Assembly: GCA_027925325.1 (NCBI GenBank)
Contig: AP027133.1
Span: 574,195-606,194 of the forward strand
Reading direction: 5' to 3'
DNA length: 32,000 nt
Origin: Candidatus Saccharimonadota bacterium
GTDB taxonomy: Bacteria > Bacillota_I > Bacilli_A > Mycoplasmatales > Hepatoplasmataceae
This document shows positions 31,244-32,000 of this stretch, one piece after another (position 1 is the first letter of the stretch; the number at the start of each line of letters is the position of its first letter). The notes beneath the pieces were generated by a model. It was not told the DNA's origin. It worked only from the letters and a program-made list of their open reading frames with translations, and did not search any database. The translations under genes and the position numbers were made by a program.

Positions 31244-31570
31244 TTAATTTGCGATAAATTTATTCAGTAAATTTATAATTATTTGTTCCTTTTTTTTAAA
31301 ATCAAGATTATAAAAATTTGGTTTTGCAATTATTACTAAATTCTTCTTTAATAAATTTAAATTAGAGAATTTTGCAATTATATTTTTAATTTGTCTTTTT
31401 TGTTTATTTCGAAAAACGGCATTACCATGCTTTTTTGGAATTGATATTCCTATCTTTGTTTCATCGGCAGAAAAATAAAAAATTAGAAAATATTCATTAT
31501 AAACCTTTTTGCCTTCCATCAGAATTTTTTGAAATAATTGCTTATTTTTTAAAGAGTAAATCTTTTTCAT
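31244..31570 (-). CDS. rnpA: Ribonuclease P protein component.
   Basis: Intact 108-aa basic ORF directly downstream of rpmH, with GISIPKKHGNAVFRNKQKRQIK (RNR-motif region). Confidence 0.85.
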   Translation of the reverse strand: MKKIYSLKNKQLFQKILMEGKKVYNEYFLIFYFSADETKIGISIPKKHGNAVFRNKQKRQIKNIIAKFSNLNLLKKNLVIIAKPNFYNLDFKKKEQIIINLLNKFIAN

Positions 31571-31582
31571 TAGTTGATTTTA

Positions 31583-31717
31583 TTAATTAGTTAATTTTTT
31601 TCGACCTTTATTTCTACGAGCTTTTAAAATTTTTTGTCCATTTTTACTTGCTTTACGTTTGCGGAAACCATGCGTTTTTGCTTTCTTTCGCTTATTAGGT
31701 TGGTAAGTTCGCTTCAT
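31583..31717 (-). CDS. rpmH: 50S ribosomal protein L34.
   Basis: It is not in the track because it is under 60 aa. The minus strand from the ATG at 31717 to the TAA at 31583 reads [44 protein letters not shown] (44 aa). An AAGGAG ribosome-binding site lies upstream. Confidence 0.93.
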   Translation of the reverse strand: MKRTYQPNKRKKAKTHGFRKRKASKNGQKILKARRNKGRKKLTN

Positions 31718-31887
31718 TTCTACTCCTTAGATCTTAATTTACATATGAAATTATTATATAATAATTTAACCATTAATAAATAAGTTTAAAGATAAATAAT
31801 ATTGAAAAAAATATTTTATTTCTAATTGTTTTTAACTTAAAAAATATTAATTTAAAATAAAAGCAAAAATATCTTAATAAATTTTAA

Positions 31888-31949
31888 TAATGTGGAAAAT
31901 GTTGAAAAAATGTTGAAAAAATAATAAATTTATTTTTTAATGTGGAAAA
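31888..31949. promoter_or_regulatory. Cluster of DnaA-box-like 9-mers (putative oriC / dnaA-upstream region).
   Basis: TGTGGAAAA occurs at 31891-31899 and 31941-31949, each within the 12-mer taatgtggaaaa. TGTTGAAAA occurs at 31900-31908 and 31911-31919. All four have the same orientation. They are the reverse complement of TTTTCCACA / TTTTCAACA, one or two mismatches from TTATCCACA. The cluster sits in the non-coding region upstream of rpmH, where oriC/dnaA usually lie. Confidence 0.55.
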
Positions 31950-32000
31950 CTAAAGAGTTTTAAATATTTATATTTAATAAATCAATATACATAAAAATTT

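Noticed and set aside
1-32000. Widespread apparent gene fragmentation, suggesting pseudogenes or a decaying genome.
   Set aside because: All breaks are TGA codons. The fragments share reading frames, and the joined products are full-length with conserved motifs across the joins. This fits genetic code 4 rather than gene decay.

Overview
This window is the origin-proximal core of a very AT-rich genome that reads TGA as tryptophan (genetic code 4, Mollicutes-like). The supplied ORF track used the standard code, so most genes appear split. Track fragments that share a reading frame and are separated only by TGA join into complete, recognisable proteins. I checked these joins codon by codon for about ten genes and found no in-frame TAA or TAG.

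With that correction I call 26 CDS (24 on the minus strand, 2 on the plus strand) and one SRP RNA. Reading right to left on the minus strand:
- a DnaA-box cluster (putative oriC edge), then rpmH, rnpA, a 1000-aa yidC, recF, gyrB, gyrA, serS, ffs (SRP RNA), dnaX, recR, tmk
- a short protein at the holB position, then rsmI, a PD-(D/E)xK-like protein, two tandem small Trp-rich membrane proteins, mnmE, tatD
- a ~7.6 kb accessory block, which meets metG (+) convergently
- pyrG, a choline-kinase-like gene, an RNase H-fold gene, and the 5' end of mnmG

The accessory block (5324..12902) is the most interesting part. It contains:
- a 1354-aa protein with a DUF4011-like N-terminus, a Upf1-like SF1 helicase core and a Vsr/DUF559-like nuclease C-terminus (Hhe-like architecture), followed 11 nt downstream on the same strand by a 303-aa pentapeptide-repeat protein
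- a divergent gene for a 2-TM protein with a YbjQ/UPF0145 domain
- a 583-aa OLD/ABC-type ATPase gene whose stop codon overlaps the stop of the YbjQ gene

No integrase, transposase, tRNA, rRNA or CRISPR array was seen. All functional calls rest on motif recognition by eye; no database search was possible.
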